Both the position numbers and the translations under genes were made by a program. The notes under the pieces were generated by a model. It was given only the letters and a program-made list of their open reading frames with translations. It was not told the DNA's origin and did not search any database. 64,000 nucleotides of DNA. Source: a bacterium. Its GTDB lineage: Bacteria; Electryoneota; Electryoneia; Electryoneales; Electryoneaceae. The stretch lies in contig CAXXKJ010000002.1 of NCBI GenBank assembly GCA_963675295.2, positions 4,000,001-4,064,000 of the forward strand. The letters are read 5' to 3'. Below are positions 38,471 to 47,912 of this stretch, one piece after another; the stretch's first letter is position 1; the number at the start of each line of letters is the position of its first letter.

Positions 38471-40486
38471 ATGAGAGATCGAGATTCATCAGCTGGTGAA
38501 CCTTACCGCGACCACGGCCCGGACTTCCGGGATAATTCTCGTGGTGATGGTTCCAGTTCGTCCCGGAATCAGCGGAACGGCACGACGTTGCACCTCGAAG
38601 TCCCCGGCTTCGAGACGATGCGTCTGGTATCGCCGGTATCCAGTGTGCCGGAGGTGCGTCCTGTGCCTGCGTCACCCGCGCCGCCGTCCACCGGCACTAT
38701 TCTCCCCTTGATTACTCGCCCGAGTTATGATCATCTCCGCCGAACCATCTCGAAGAGGTCTGCCGTGGAGAAACGACCCAACCCTCTGCTGGAGACATTG
38801 TCCGCGCGTGGTCGAAAGGCTTTTTATCGCGTCAAGGCGGACTTTGCGTTCTCCGTCGGCACAACGCTTGAGCTCGACGCTCTCGACCGTGCCGGCATGT
38901 ACTTCATTGACAAGGGCAAGGTGGAGGTGGAACACACCTACCCGGAGCGTGATCCGCGCCAGGTCACCACACGTGCCTCCGGCCAGTATTTCGGGGAGTA
39001 TTCGGTGCTGGACGGAACGCGCAAAATGACAGTCCGTGTGCTCGAGGATACGTCTGGGGTGTGGATTCCGGCGAACCGCTTTGGTTCGTTGGCGGAAGCG
39101 GAACCATCCTTTGTCCTCAACCTGACCCGGATGGTCCTGCAGCAGCAGGCGGAGTATGACGAGAAGCAAATCGCGGAAATGCGCAAGGCGCGTGAAGAAT
39201 CCGAACGGAAAATCGAACGGTTGGAAGCGGTTGCGACGACCAGTGAAGCTCTGAACACGGCGTTGAATCTTGACCGTCTTCTCGAGGTGATCCTGCAGGC
39301 GTCCCGGGTGCTGACCAGCGCCGAATGCGGTACGATCTATCTCATCGATCAGGAAAACGATGAGCTGTACAGCTACATGAACGAGAAGGGGCATTGCCTC
39401 CGCATCAACATGCCATTGGGCAAGGGAATCGCGGGGACGGTGGCTCAGCGTGGCGTGCCGATCAACATCGAGGACGCGTACAAGGATCCGCGGTTCAACC
39501 CGGAAGTCGACCAGGAAACCGGGTATCGTTCACGCAGTGTGTTGACGATGCCGATCATGAATCCGACCGGCGAAGTGCTCGGTGTGCTGCAGTTGTTGAA
39601 CAAGGCCAACGAAGAAGCGTTCACGCAGGATGATGAGCAGTTGCTGGCGACATTTGGCGGGCACGCCGCGATCGCCCTCGAACGCACCCGTACCGCCGAA
39701 GCGATGATGCGGAACAACTCGTTGATCGCGGTGGGTAACCTGGCGGCGTCGATTGTGCACGACCTGAAGTCACCGTTGACGGTGATCCAGGGATATGTCG
39801 ACCTGCTCAGTTTCACCGCTGGATCGGACGAACAGCGTTCTCACATTGAACACATTTCGCAGCAGCTGAACCGTATGGTCGGGATGACGCAGGAAGTGCT
39901 CGATTTCGCACGTGGCCAGGTTCGTTTGAACCCGGTGAAGACACGGGTGAACGACTATGTCGCCGAGATCTGCGAGTCGTTTGAGAATGAAATGGATCGC
40001 AACGGCGTCGAGATGAACCTCACGTGTGAGGGTGATCCTGAGTGGACGATCCTGATGGACCGTGACCGTCTCACCCGTGTTTTCCACAACCTGATCACGA
40101 ATGCGCGGGAAGCGATGCCGGGCGGCGGTATGCTGGAAATCATTTCGCGTCAACGAGAGGATGAGTGGGAATTGATCGTCAAGGACACCGGGGTCGGGAT
40201 CTCTCCGAGCCGGTTGGAGACGATATTTGAGCCGTTCTCGACGCACGGCAAGAAGAACGGAACGGGCCTGGGGCTTTCAATTGCGAAGTCGGTGATCGAA
40301 GAACACGGTGGTGAAATTGAAGTCAGCAGCGTCGTCGGCAAGGGAACGACGTTTGAAGTTCATCTTCCCCATCGTCCGAAAATGGCGTCCAAAGCCAAGT
40401 TTACGGTGAAAGACATCGATCAGTTCGAGGAGCTGAAGCAGATTGCCGGCGAAGGTACTGAAAACTCTGAACCGTCCTTGAATTGA
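38471..40486 (+). CDS. Sensor histidine kinase with cNMP-binding and GAF domains
   Basis: MYFIDKGKVEV..YFGEYSVL (cNMP), GKGIAGTVA..DAYKDPRFNPEVD..RSVLTMPI (GAF), IVHDLKSPL (H box), NLITNA, DTGVGI, GTGLGL. Start is uncertain. Confidence 0.9.
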   Translation: MRDRDSSAGEPYRDHGPDFRDNSRGDGSSSSRNQRNGTTLHLEVPGFETMRLVSPVSSVPEVRPVPASPAPPSTGTILPLITRPSYDHLRRTISKRSAVEKRPNPLLETLSARGRKAFYRVKADFAFSVGTTLELDALDRAGMYFIDKGKVEVEHTYPERDPRQVTTRASGQYFGEYSVLDGTRKMTVRVLEDTSGVWIPANRFGSLAEAEPSFVLNLTRMVLQQQAEYDEKQIAEMRKAREESERKIERLEAVATTSEALNTALNLDRLLEVILQASRVLTSAECGTIYLIDQENDELYSYMNEKGHCLRINMPLGKGIAGTVAQRGVPINIEDAYKDPRFNPEVDQETGYRSRSVLTMPIMNPTGEVLGVLQLLNKANEEAFTQDDEQLLATFGGHAAIALERTRTAEAMMRNNSLIAVGNLAASIVHDLKSPLTVIQGYVDLLSFTAGSDEQRSHIEHISQQLNRMVGMTQEVLDFARGQVRLNPVKTRVNDYVAEICESFENEMDRNGVEMNLTCEGDPEWTILMDRDRLTRVFHNLITNAREAMPGGGMLEIISRQREDEWELIVKDTGVGISPSRLETIFEPFSTHGKKNGTGLGLSIAKSVIEEHGGEIEVSSVVGKGTTFEVHLPHRPKMASKAKFTVKDIDQFEELKQIAGEGTENSEPSLN

Positions 40487-40659
40487 GGGTTTCGGAGGCT
40501 GAGTCTCGGACGATGAGAGAGCTCATTGCTCCGGAGACAGGAGCCAAATAACGAAGTTTTCGTGCAAAACCGTGCAAAGCGGTGTTTGACCTGTTATGTT
40601 AAATGCGTGGCCACAGTGTTGGACCAAGCACATGGCCATCAGCCTGAGCATGTGCGAGT

Positions 40660-40690
40660 GAGGCGGTACGACAACGTACCGCCTTGTTTG
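40660..40690 (+). terminator. Intrinsic terminator-like hairpin in the mutA upstream region
   Basis: aggcggtacg-acaa-cgtaccgcct followed by tgttt. Confidence 0.6.
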
Positions 40691-40867
40691 CTCTGGTAAT
40701 TACCTCCTCCCTCGCGGTTCCGAATCGCAACTCCGAGTGACCTCCGGGCTCGTTTCTACCGGGCTATATTTGCGGAAACCTTTTGACACAAGAATCGCGC
40801 GGGGGACAGCTTCCTTCGCGCGTCTGCTTGTGCGGACCATGAGCGCATGAACGCGGGAGTAGTCACG

Positions 40868-43012
40868 ATGGCTCAGCCGACGAAGGAAGCCCCATTGTTG
40901 GATGACTTCTCCGTGCCCGGTCTGGATGCTTGGCGCGAAGAAGTTGTCCGCCTGCTGCGGGGCATTCCGTTTGAAAAGAAAATGCTCACCCCTACCCCGG
41001 AGGGAATCACCCTGCGGGGGATGTACACTAGTCAGGATTTGCAGGATATTTCCGGCCTCGACACCATGCCTGGCGACAAGCCGTTCCGTCGTGGTACGCG
41101 CAGCATCGGCCACCGTGACGGGGGTTGGCAGATCGCGCAGGCCCTGCCCTACCCCACCGTTGAGGAACTGAATATTGCGTTGCGTCACGATCTACAGCGT
41201 GGTCAGAATGCAATCAACCTGATCCTCGACACCGCAACGCAAAACGGTCTCGATCCGGACCATGCTGAGGTTGGCCAGGTCGGCAAGGGCGGAACGTCCA
41301 TCGCCTCGGTCAAGGGCCTGTCGCGGGCACTGTCCGGGATTGATCTTGAGCAGACGGTGCTGCACGTGGAAGCCGGTATCGCGGCATTGCCGATGGCGGC
41401 GCTGGTCGTCGCGTTGATGAAGTCGCGAGGTAACGATATCAGCAAGTGGCGTGGCAGCGCGGGCATGGACCCGCTCGCCGGGCTGCTCGAATATGGCAGC
41501 ATTCCGATTCCGATCAAGTGGTCGTACGGCGAGCTGAGCATCCTCACCCAATGGGCGGTTGAGAACACGCCCGGTCTGAAGACGATCAGCATCTACGGGC
41601 ACCCGTATCGGGACGCCGGCGCGGACGCCGCCACCGAACTCGCGGCGGCAATGTCGACGGCGGTCGAAGCGATGTACCAGATGGAAACCCGCGACATTCC
41701 GGTTGAAGTGTCTGCTGGACGGGTGTTGTTCGGGTTTACGACCGGCAACGACTTCTTCATGGAGATCGCGAAACTTCGGGCGGCACGGATCATGTGGTCC
41801 CGGATCGTCGAAGCGGCCGGTGGCAGTGAAACCGCCGCGCGATCGGTCCACATTCACGCCCGCACCTCGACCCATCGTCTGACAACGCTCGATCCGTACA
41901 CCAACATGCTGCGTGGCACGACGGAAGCGTTCGCGGCGGTGCTCGGTGGCTGCGACAGCCTGCACGTTGCGCCGTTTGATGCCGCACTGACGCAGGTCCC
42001 CAGCGACCTCGCGCGCCGCATTGCCCGCAATACGCAATTGATCCTCAAGGAAGAGACGCACGCCGCCGCGGTCATCGACCCGGCCGGTGGATCGTATTTC
42101 ATCGAGGCGTTGACCAACGAGCTCGCCGAAGCCGCGTGGAAGAAATTCCAGCAGTTGGAAGAGGATGGCGGTGTGCTTGCCGTGATCAAACAGGGCAAAT
42201 TGCAACGTGAAATCGAGGATCTGAACAAGCAGCGGACGGCTGACCTCGGCACGCGGAAGGATGTGCTCGTCGGCGTCAACCGCTATCCGAACTCAAGCGA
42301 GAAACTCGCCGAGCCGACGGAAGTCGACCTCAAGGCGATCCACGCTCAGCGGTCGGAAACGATGCAGAAGCTTCGCACCACCTCCAGCCACCAGCAGGAG
42401 ATGAAGGTGATGGAGAAGCTGCAGGTGATTGTCAACAGCGACACCGATTTCAAGTTTGATGCGATCGTCGAAGCCGCCACGCACGGCGCGACCATTGGCG
42501 AATTCACCAGCAGCCTGCGGACCGCGCATTGCAACTGCGAAGAAGTGCACACGTTGAAGAAGACCCGGGCGGCGGAACCATTCGAGGCCCTGCGGCGCAA
42601 TGTGGTTGGCTGGCAGTCGGGCAAGAAGCCGGCGATCTTCCTCGCCAATGTCGGCCCATTCGCGGATTACATGCCCCGTCTCGACTTCATCCGGTCGTTC
42701 TACGAGGTCGGCGGCTTCCACGTGCAGTCGGAAGACTGGTACGAAGACACCACAGCCGCGATCAGCGCTGCGAAGAAATCCGGCGCGCCGGTGGTGGTCG
42801 TTGTCGGATTGGATGCGACCTACGAAACAGCGGTTCCGGAAATCGCCGCAGCGTTCAAGGATGATGGAAAGGTCACGGTTCACGTCGCCGGCTACCCGAA
42901 GGACAAGCTGGACGAGTACAAGTCCGCCGGTGCCGATGCGTTCATCCACATCAAGTCGGACGTTTACGCCACGCTCAACGCGCTTGCTACGCGACTGGGG
43001 GTTCAGTCATGA
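40868..43012 (+). CDS. mutA: Methylmalonyl-CoA mutase small (non-catalytic) subunit
   Basis: [56 protein letters not shown]. No DxHxxG cobalamin motif. Confidence 0.88.
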   Translation: MAQPTKEAPLLDDFSVPGLDAWREEVVRLLRGIPFEKKMLTPTPEGITLRGMYTSQDLQDISGLDTMPGDKPFRRGTRSIGHRDGGWQIAQALPYPTVEELNIALRHDLQRGQNAINLILDTATQNGLDPDHAEVGQVGKGGTSIASVKGLSRALSGIDLEQTVLHVEAGIAALPMAALVVALMKSRGNDISKWRGSAGMDPLAGLLEYGSIPIPIKWSYGELSILTQWAVENTPGLKTISIYGHPYRDAGADAATELAAAMSTAVEAMYQMETRDIPVEVSAGRVLFGFTTGNDFFMEIAKLRAARIMWSRIVEAAGGSETAARSVHIHARTSTHRLTTLDPYTNMLRGTTEAFAAVLGGCDSLHVAPFDAALTQVPSDLARRIARNTQLILKEETHAAAVIDPAGGSYFIEALTNELAEAAWKKFQQLEEDGGVLAVIKQGKLQREIEDLNKQRTADLGTRKDVLVGVNRYPNSSEKLAEPTEVDLKAIHAQRSETMQKLRTTSSHQQEMKVMEKLQVIVNSDTDFKFDAIVEAATHGATIGEFTSSLRTAHCNCEEVHTLKKTRAAEPFEALRRNVVGWQSGKKPAIFLANVGPFADYMPRLDFIRSFYEVGGFHVQSEDWYEDTTAAISAAKKSGAPVVVVVGLDATYETAVPEIAAAFKDDGKVTVHVAGYPKDKLDEYKSAGADAFIHIKSDVYATLNALATRLGVQS

Positions 43013-45198
43013 GCACGCTTCCTGATTTCAGCAAAGTGAGTTTGCACGGGGACAATTCCCCGCGCACCTACGACCAGTGGGAAAACGCCGCGATGGCAGA
43101 GGCGAAAACTTCCGACCCGTCCTCGTTGCACTGGCCGACCAATGAACGGATCGATGTCCGCTCGTTGTACACCCCGGACGATATCGAGGGCATGGAACAC
43201 CTCGATTTCCTGGCCGGGTTGCCGCCGTTCCTGCGCGGTCCGTACGCGACGATGTATGTCATGCGTCCGTGGACCGTCCGCCAGTACGCCGGTTTCTCCA
43301 CCGCCGAGGAATCAAACGCGTTCTATCGCCGCAACCTCGCTGCCGGTCAGAAGGGCTTGAGTGTCGCCTTCGACCTCGCGACGCACCGCGGCTACGACTC
43401 CGACCATCCGCGCGTGGTCGGTGATGTCGGCAAGGCCGGTGTCGCGATTGACAGCATCGCCGACATGGAGATCCTGTTCGACAAGATCCCGTTGAAGGAA
43501 ATGTCGGTCTCGATGACGATGAATGGCGCGGTGTTGCCGGTGATGGCGTTTTACATCGTCACCGCGCTGGAGCAGGGCGCGTCCCTTGACCAGCTCACCG
43601 GCACCATTCAGAACGACATCCTCAAGGAGTACATGGTCCGCAATACGTACATCTATCCGCCGGAATCGAGCATGCGGATCATTGCGGACATCTTCAAGTA
43701 CACCAGCGAGAACATGCCGCGCTTCAACAGCATCTCGATCTCAGGCTACCACATGCAGGAGGCGGGTGCGACGGCGGACCTCGAGCTGGCGTACACCCTG
43801 GCGGACGGTCTCGAATATGTTCGCACCGGGATCAACGCCGGCCTCAGCATCGACAAATTCGCGCCACGGCTGTCCTTCTTCTGGGCAGTCGGGATGAATT
43901 ATTTCATGGAAGTGGCGAAGATGCGCGCCGCGCGTGTCCTGTGGGCCAAGTTGATCAAGCAGTTCGACCCGCAGAACCCGAAGTCGATGGCGTTACGCAC
44001 GCACAGCCAGACCTCCGGCTGGTCGCTGAGCGAGCAGGACCCGTACAACAACGTCGTCCGCACCGCGCTCGAGGCGCACGCCGCCGCGATGGGCCACACG
44101 CAGTCGTTGCACACGAATGCGCTCGACGAAGCGTTGGCGTTGCCGACGGACGCATCCGCCCGTATCGCACGCAACACGCAGCTGTATCTCCAGGATGAGA
44201 CCGGCATTTGCAGCGTCGTCGATCCGTGGGGCGGGTCGTATTATGTCGAGTCGCTGACGCATCAGCTGATGCACAAGGCGTGGGCGCACATTGAGGAAGT
44301 CGAGGAACTCGGCGGCATGACCAAAGCGATCTCGGAAGGGTTGCCGAAGATGCGGATCGAGGAAGCCAGCGCCCGGCGTCAGGCACGCATCGACTCCGGC
44401 CGCGAAACCATTGTCGGCGTCAACAAGTACCGTCTCGAGAAGGAAGACCCGATCGAGATCCTCGACGTCGACAACACCGAGGTCCGTCGCCAGCAGATCG
44501 CACGGCTGGAGCAGTTGAAGCGGGATCGTGATAATGTCGCCGTAATGCAGGCGCTGGACAAGCTGACCGACGCCGCGAAGAACGGCAGCGGCAACCTGCT
44601 CGCGCTGGCGGTGTATGCGGCCAAGGTACGTGCGACACTGGGCGAGATTTCCGACGCGATGGAGAAGGTCTTCGGGCGTCACAAGGCGGAGGTGAGAACC
44701 ATCAGCGGCGTGTATTCATCGGAGTACAACGAAGGGCAGCAGGCGACGACGATCGAGGACGTGCGCAAGCTGACCGAACAGTTCGAGCAGAAGGAAGGGC
44801 GCCGTCCGCGGATACTCGTCGCCAAGATGGGCCAGGACGGTCACGACCGTGGCGCGAAAGTCGTCGCGACCGCGTTCGCCGACCTCGGCTTTGATGTTGA
44901 CGTCGGCCCGTTGTTCCAGACGCCGGAAGAAACCGCGCGCCAGGCGGTGGAAAATGACGTCCATATCGTCGGCATGAGTTCATTGGCCGCCGGGCACAAG
45001 ACTCTGCTGCCGCAACTGGTCGAGGAACTGAAAAAGCTCGACCGTGAGGACATTATGGTCATCTGTGGCGGCGTCATCCCGCCCCAGGACTACCAGTTCC
45101 TCTACGAACACGGCGCGGCCGCGATCTTCGGACCCGGCACCGTCATCCCCCACGCCGCCCGTCAGCTGTTGGAAGAGCTGGACAAGCGGTTGGATTGA
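43009..45198 (+). CDS. scpA: Methylmalonyl-CoA mutase large (catalytic) subunit
   Basis: [42 protein letters not shown]12-binding motif. Confidence 0.97.
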   Translation: MSTLPDFSKVSLHGDNSPRTYDQWENAAMAEAKTSDPSSLHWPTNERIDVRSLYTPDDIEGMEHLDFLAGLPPFLRGPYATMYVMRPWTVRQYAGFSTAEESNAFYRRNLAAGQKGLSVAFDLATHRGYDSDHPRVVGDVGKAGVAIDSIADMEILFDKIPLKEMSVSMTMNGAVLPVMAFYIVTALEQGASLDQLTGTIQNDILKEYMVRNTYIYPPESSMRIIADIFKYTSENMPRFNSISISGYHMQEAGATADLELAYTLADGLEYVRTGINAGLSIDKFAPRLSFFWAVGMNYFMEVAKMRAARVLWAKLIKQFDPQNPKSMALRTHSQTSGWSLSEQDPYNNVVRTALEAHAAAMGHTQSLHTNALDEALALPTDASARIARNTQLYLQDETGICSVVDPWGGSYYVESLTHQLMHKAWAHIEEVEELGGMTKAISEGLPKMRIEEASARRQARIDSGRETIVGVNKYRLEKEDPIEILDVDNTEVRRQQIARLEQLKRDRDNVAVMQALDKLTDAAKNGSGNLLALAVYAAKVRATLGEISDAMEKVFGRHKAEVRTISGVYSSEYNEGQQATTIEDVRKLTEQFEQKEGRRPRILVAKMGQDGHDRGAKVVATAFADLGFDVDVGPLFQTPEETARQAVENDVHIVGMSSLAAGHKTLLPQLVEELKKLDREDIMVICGGVIPPQDYQFLYEHGAAAIFGPGTVIPHAARQLLEELDKRLD

Positions 45199-45234
45199 TC
45201 ACTCCTGCCACCTTTCACTTCACCGACGCAAATC

Positions 45235-45262
45235 GGGGACACTTGCTCCGCCAAGTGTCCCC
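45235..45262. repeat. REP family A hairpin
   Basis: ggggacacttgctccgccaagtgtcccc. Confidence 0.8.
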
Positions 45263-45269
45263 TCGAGAT

Positions 45270-45303
45270 TGCAAGAAGCCGCCGATTCCGGTGGCTTTTT
45301 GCA
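45270..45303 (+). terminator. Intrinsic terminator of mutase operon
   Basis: aagccgccg-attc-cggtggcttttt. Confidence 0.75.
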
Positions 45304-45437
45304 TGCGGGCTAGTTTCGAACGGACTGGTAGGGTGACGGGCTATCTTTATTGAACAAGTTAGTTTATCTACCTCAAGGCATAATTATTGCGGGTTATCGC
45401 TGAAGCATGCAGTTTTGATACAGGGGGGACCTGCTGG

Positions 45438-46112
45438 ATGGATTTCATGAACCGGGCGATAACCAACTCTGAGATCAGTACGGACACGTTGGAGCAGTGG
45501 CAACGGATCGTTGATCTGGCGGCAAAGATTATGAACGTGCCCGCCGCGTTGATCATGAGGGTTCATCCGGAAAAGATCGAGGTTTTCGTCAGTAGCGAAT
45601 CAAACGGCAATCCGTATGAGCTGAATGAACTCGCCGAACTGAACACCGGTCTGTACTGTGAAACGGTGATGCGAACGGACGACAAGTTGCTGGTCCCGAA
45701 CGCCCTGAACGACCCCGATTGGGATCAGAATCCGGATATCAAGCTGGGTATGATCAGTTATCTCGGCTGGCCGGTCCATTGGCCCAGCGGGGATATTTTC
45801 GGTACCATTTGTGTTCTCGACAACAAGGAGAACGCGTACTCATCGGACTATGTCGAGTTGCTGCTCAGATTGCGCGATACTGTCGAACTCCAGCTCAAAC
45901 AACAGCAGACCATCGAGGAACTACAAGCGGCTCAACAGACCATCGAGGAAATGTCCGAGCTGATCCCGATTTGCAGCTATTGCCATCAGATCCGGGACGA
46001 TCAGGGATTCTGGGAAAAGCTGGAAACCTCCTTTTACAAATCCCGAGGGATGAAATTCACGCACAGCATCTGCCCGATCTGCATGGAAAAAGAATTCAAG
46101 GATTTGGCTTGA
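45438..46112 (+). CDS. GAF-domain protein with C-terminal CxxC...HxxCPxC zinc-binding domain, paralogue 1
   Basis: WQRIVDL..GLYCETV..SYLGWP..WPSG.IFGTICVLD, then IPICSYCHQIRDDQG.W..FTHSICP.C. Confidence 0.85.
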   Translation: MDFMNRAITNSEISTDTLEQWQRIVDLAAKIMNVPAALIMRVHPEKIEVFVSSESNGNPYELNELAELNTGLYCETVMRTDDKLLVPNALNDPDWDQNPDIKLGMISYLGWPVHWPSGDIFGTICVLDNKENAYSSDYVELLLRLRDTVELQLKQQQTIEELQAAQQTIEEMSELIPICSYCHQIRDDQGFWEKLETSFYKSRGMKFTHSICPICMEKEFKDLA

Positions 46113-46235
46113 TCATGAATCAAGTGTGGTTCACGCATTTCCAATCAATAGCTTGAGCTCGAAGTTCCTCACCTGAGGCATGAGTATTGCTGCCCTTCTT
46201 CCAGTTGATCAAAAACAAGACAGAAGGATCATCTG

Positions 46236-46910
46236 ATGGATTTGCTGAATCCGCCGACTGCTCACCCTGAGATCACGTCAGATTTGATTGAGAATTGGCA
46301 GCGAATCGTTGATCTGGCTGCCAAGATCATGGACGTTCCTTCCACCCTGATCACGAAGTTGAATCCGAAAACACTTGAAATTCTTGTCAACAGCAACACC
46401 ATCAGCAATCCCTATTACGTCAATCAGCTTTTCGATCTGAACACTGGCGTATACTGTGAATACACGATGAAAATGAACGATCTTCACATCGTACCAAATG
46501 CCTTGAAAGATGATAGATGGAATCCCGATGGTGATGCAGACTTTGAGATGATCAGCTATCTGGGTTGGCCGTTACACTGGCCGGATGGTGACATTTTCGG
46601 CACAATTTGCGTGCTTGATCGTAAGGAGAATGCATTCAGCGATGATTTCGCGGAATTGCTGCTTCGGCTACGCGACACTGTGGAACTGCAACTCAGACAG
46701 CAGGCAACGATTGCTCAGTTACAGCAGGCAAATCAAACAATATCCGAGATGTCCGAGCTGATCCCGATTTGCAGTTATTGCCATCAGATCCGGGATGATC
46801 AGGGATTCTGGGAAAAGCTGGAAACCTCCTTTTACAAATCGAGAGGGATGAAATTCACCCACAGCATTTGTCCCGCGTGCATGGAAAAAGAGTTCAAGGA
46901 TTTGTACTAG
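46236..46910 (+). CDS. GAF-domain protein with C-terminal zinc-binding domain, paralogue 2
   Basis: Same architecture as 45438..46112. Confidence 0.85.
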   Translation: MDLLNPPTAHPEITSDLIENWQRIVDLAAKIMDVPSTLITKLNPKTLEILVNSNTISNPYYVNQLFDLNTGVYCEYTMKMNDLHIVPNALKDDRWNPDGDADFEMISYLGWPLHWPDGDIFGTICVLDRKENAFSDDFAELLLRLRDTVELQLRQQATIAQLQQANQTISEMSELIPICSYCHQIRDDQGFWEKLETSFYKSRGMKFTHSICPACMEKEFKDLY

Positions 46911-46919
46911 ACTGTCGCA

Positions 46920-47012
46920 TCAGCCTGACCACAAGAGTAAATCAGCCGCCTTCAAGGCGGCTATCGTGTTTCTGACAGCAGTGGTGCTGATTCCTGTTTG
47001 ATCACGTGTGCT
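46920..47012 (-). pseudogene. Possible remnant of a winged-HTH coding segment
   Basis: Minus frame reads DQTGISTTAVRNTIAALKAADLLLWSG*, which resembles an HTH recognition helix. No credible start. Confidence 0.3.
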
Positions 47013-47264
47013 TGTTGTGCTGGTTGAAAAGCAGATGTGGCCTTTCGGCGGTCTTGTCAACGCTGCCCAGAGTGACTGACTCCCGCTTTGACAAGCAAAC
47101 CGGGCCACCCGCCTGTCATCAGCATATATCCCCGGAGAACCGCGCAAACACGCGCACGGGTCACAGGGGCATTTTCGTTCTTCTTGAGTGCCGGTGTTTG
47201 TCAGCGATTGGAGCCGCCCGTACCTTATTGGACACTGATCCGCGAACCGGGGGGCAGGCACATC

Positions 47265-47912
47265 GTGCGGAGGATCATCAGACAGATCTCGGTAGTCGTG
47301 TTGATCTGCGCGGGATGGATCGCGGCCGTTGACGCGCAGCCCTCTCCCCACTCCTCCACAGTCACCGCTTCCGATTTCCTGACTCCGCCGGCGTTTACGT
47401 GTTCCTTCGACGTGGAAGATCAGCACGGCAAGTACAGCGTCGCGATTGATCCACTGGACGATTCAACTCACCGTCTCACGATTCGGCGTACGGCGACAGA
47501 TGACACATGCGGGTTCAGCGATCCGGACGTTCCCGACGCAACCGGCGACGCCGCCTGGTCGACGTTGCTGCCGTGGCCGGTCTACCAGTGCGAGACGGCG
47601 GATGTGGATGGCAACGGCCGCGCGGACATCCTGGTCGGGGTGATCAAAACGTGTATGCACGATCCCACCCTCGCCCGGCGGCTGTTCGTGTATGAGATTG
47701 TGGACGGCGTCCCGCATCCGAAATGGCTGGGCACAACGTTGTCCGATCAACTGATTGCATTCAGCACCACGGAACGGGACAGTGTTCTGCTGGTGCAAAC
47801 GGTAGAACGTGACGCGCAGGGCGGAATCCACCATGGCGAATATCGCTGGGATGGGTTCGGCTTTGTGCGCTTGACGTATCACCATGAGTCCTATGGGGGG
47901 AATGGTCTGTGA
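47265..47912 (+). CDS. Exported hypothetical protein with single FG-GAP-like Ca-binding loop
   Basis: Signal peptide from GTG 47265, WPVYQCETADVDGNGRADILVGV.K..DP..RRLFVY..P.WLG, C-terminal YRWDGFGF. Confidence 0.75.
   Translation: MRRIIRQISVVVLICAGWIAAVDAQPSPHSSTVTASDFLTPPAFTCSFDVEDQHGKYSVAIDPLDDSTHRLTIRRTATDDTCGFSDPDVPDATGDAAWSTLLPWPVYQCETADVDGNGRADILVGVIKTCMHDPTLARRLFVYEIVDGVPHPKWLGTTLSDQLIAFSTTERDSVLLVQTVERDAQGGIHHGEYRWDGFGFVRLTYHHESYGGNGL

Noticed and set aside
40700-40867. Cobalamin or purine riboswitch upstream of mutA (gtttctacc seen at ~40752)
   Set aside because: No B12 box (GGGAA…GCCACTG…AGYCAG) and no purine-riboswitch P2/P3 loops or flanking consensus.
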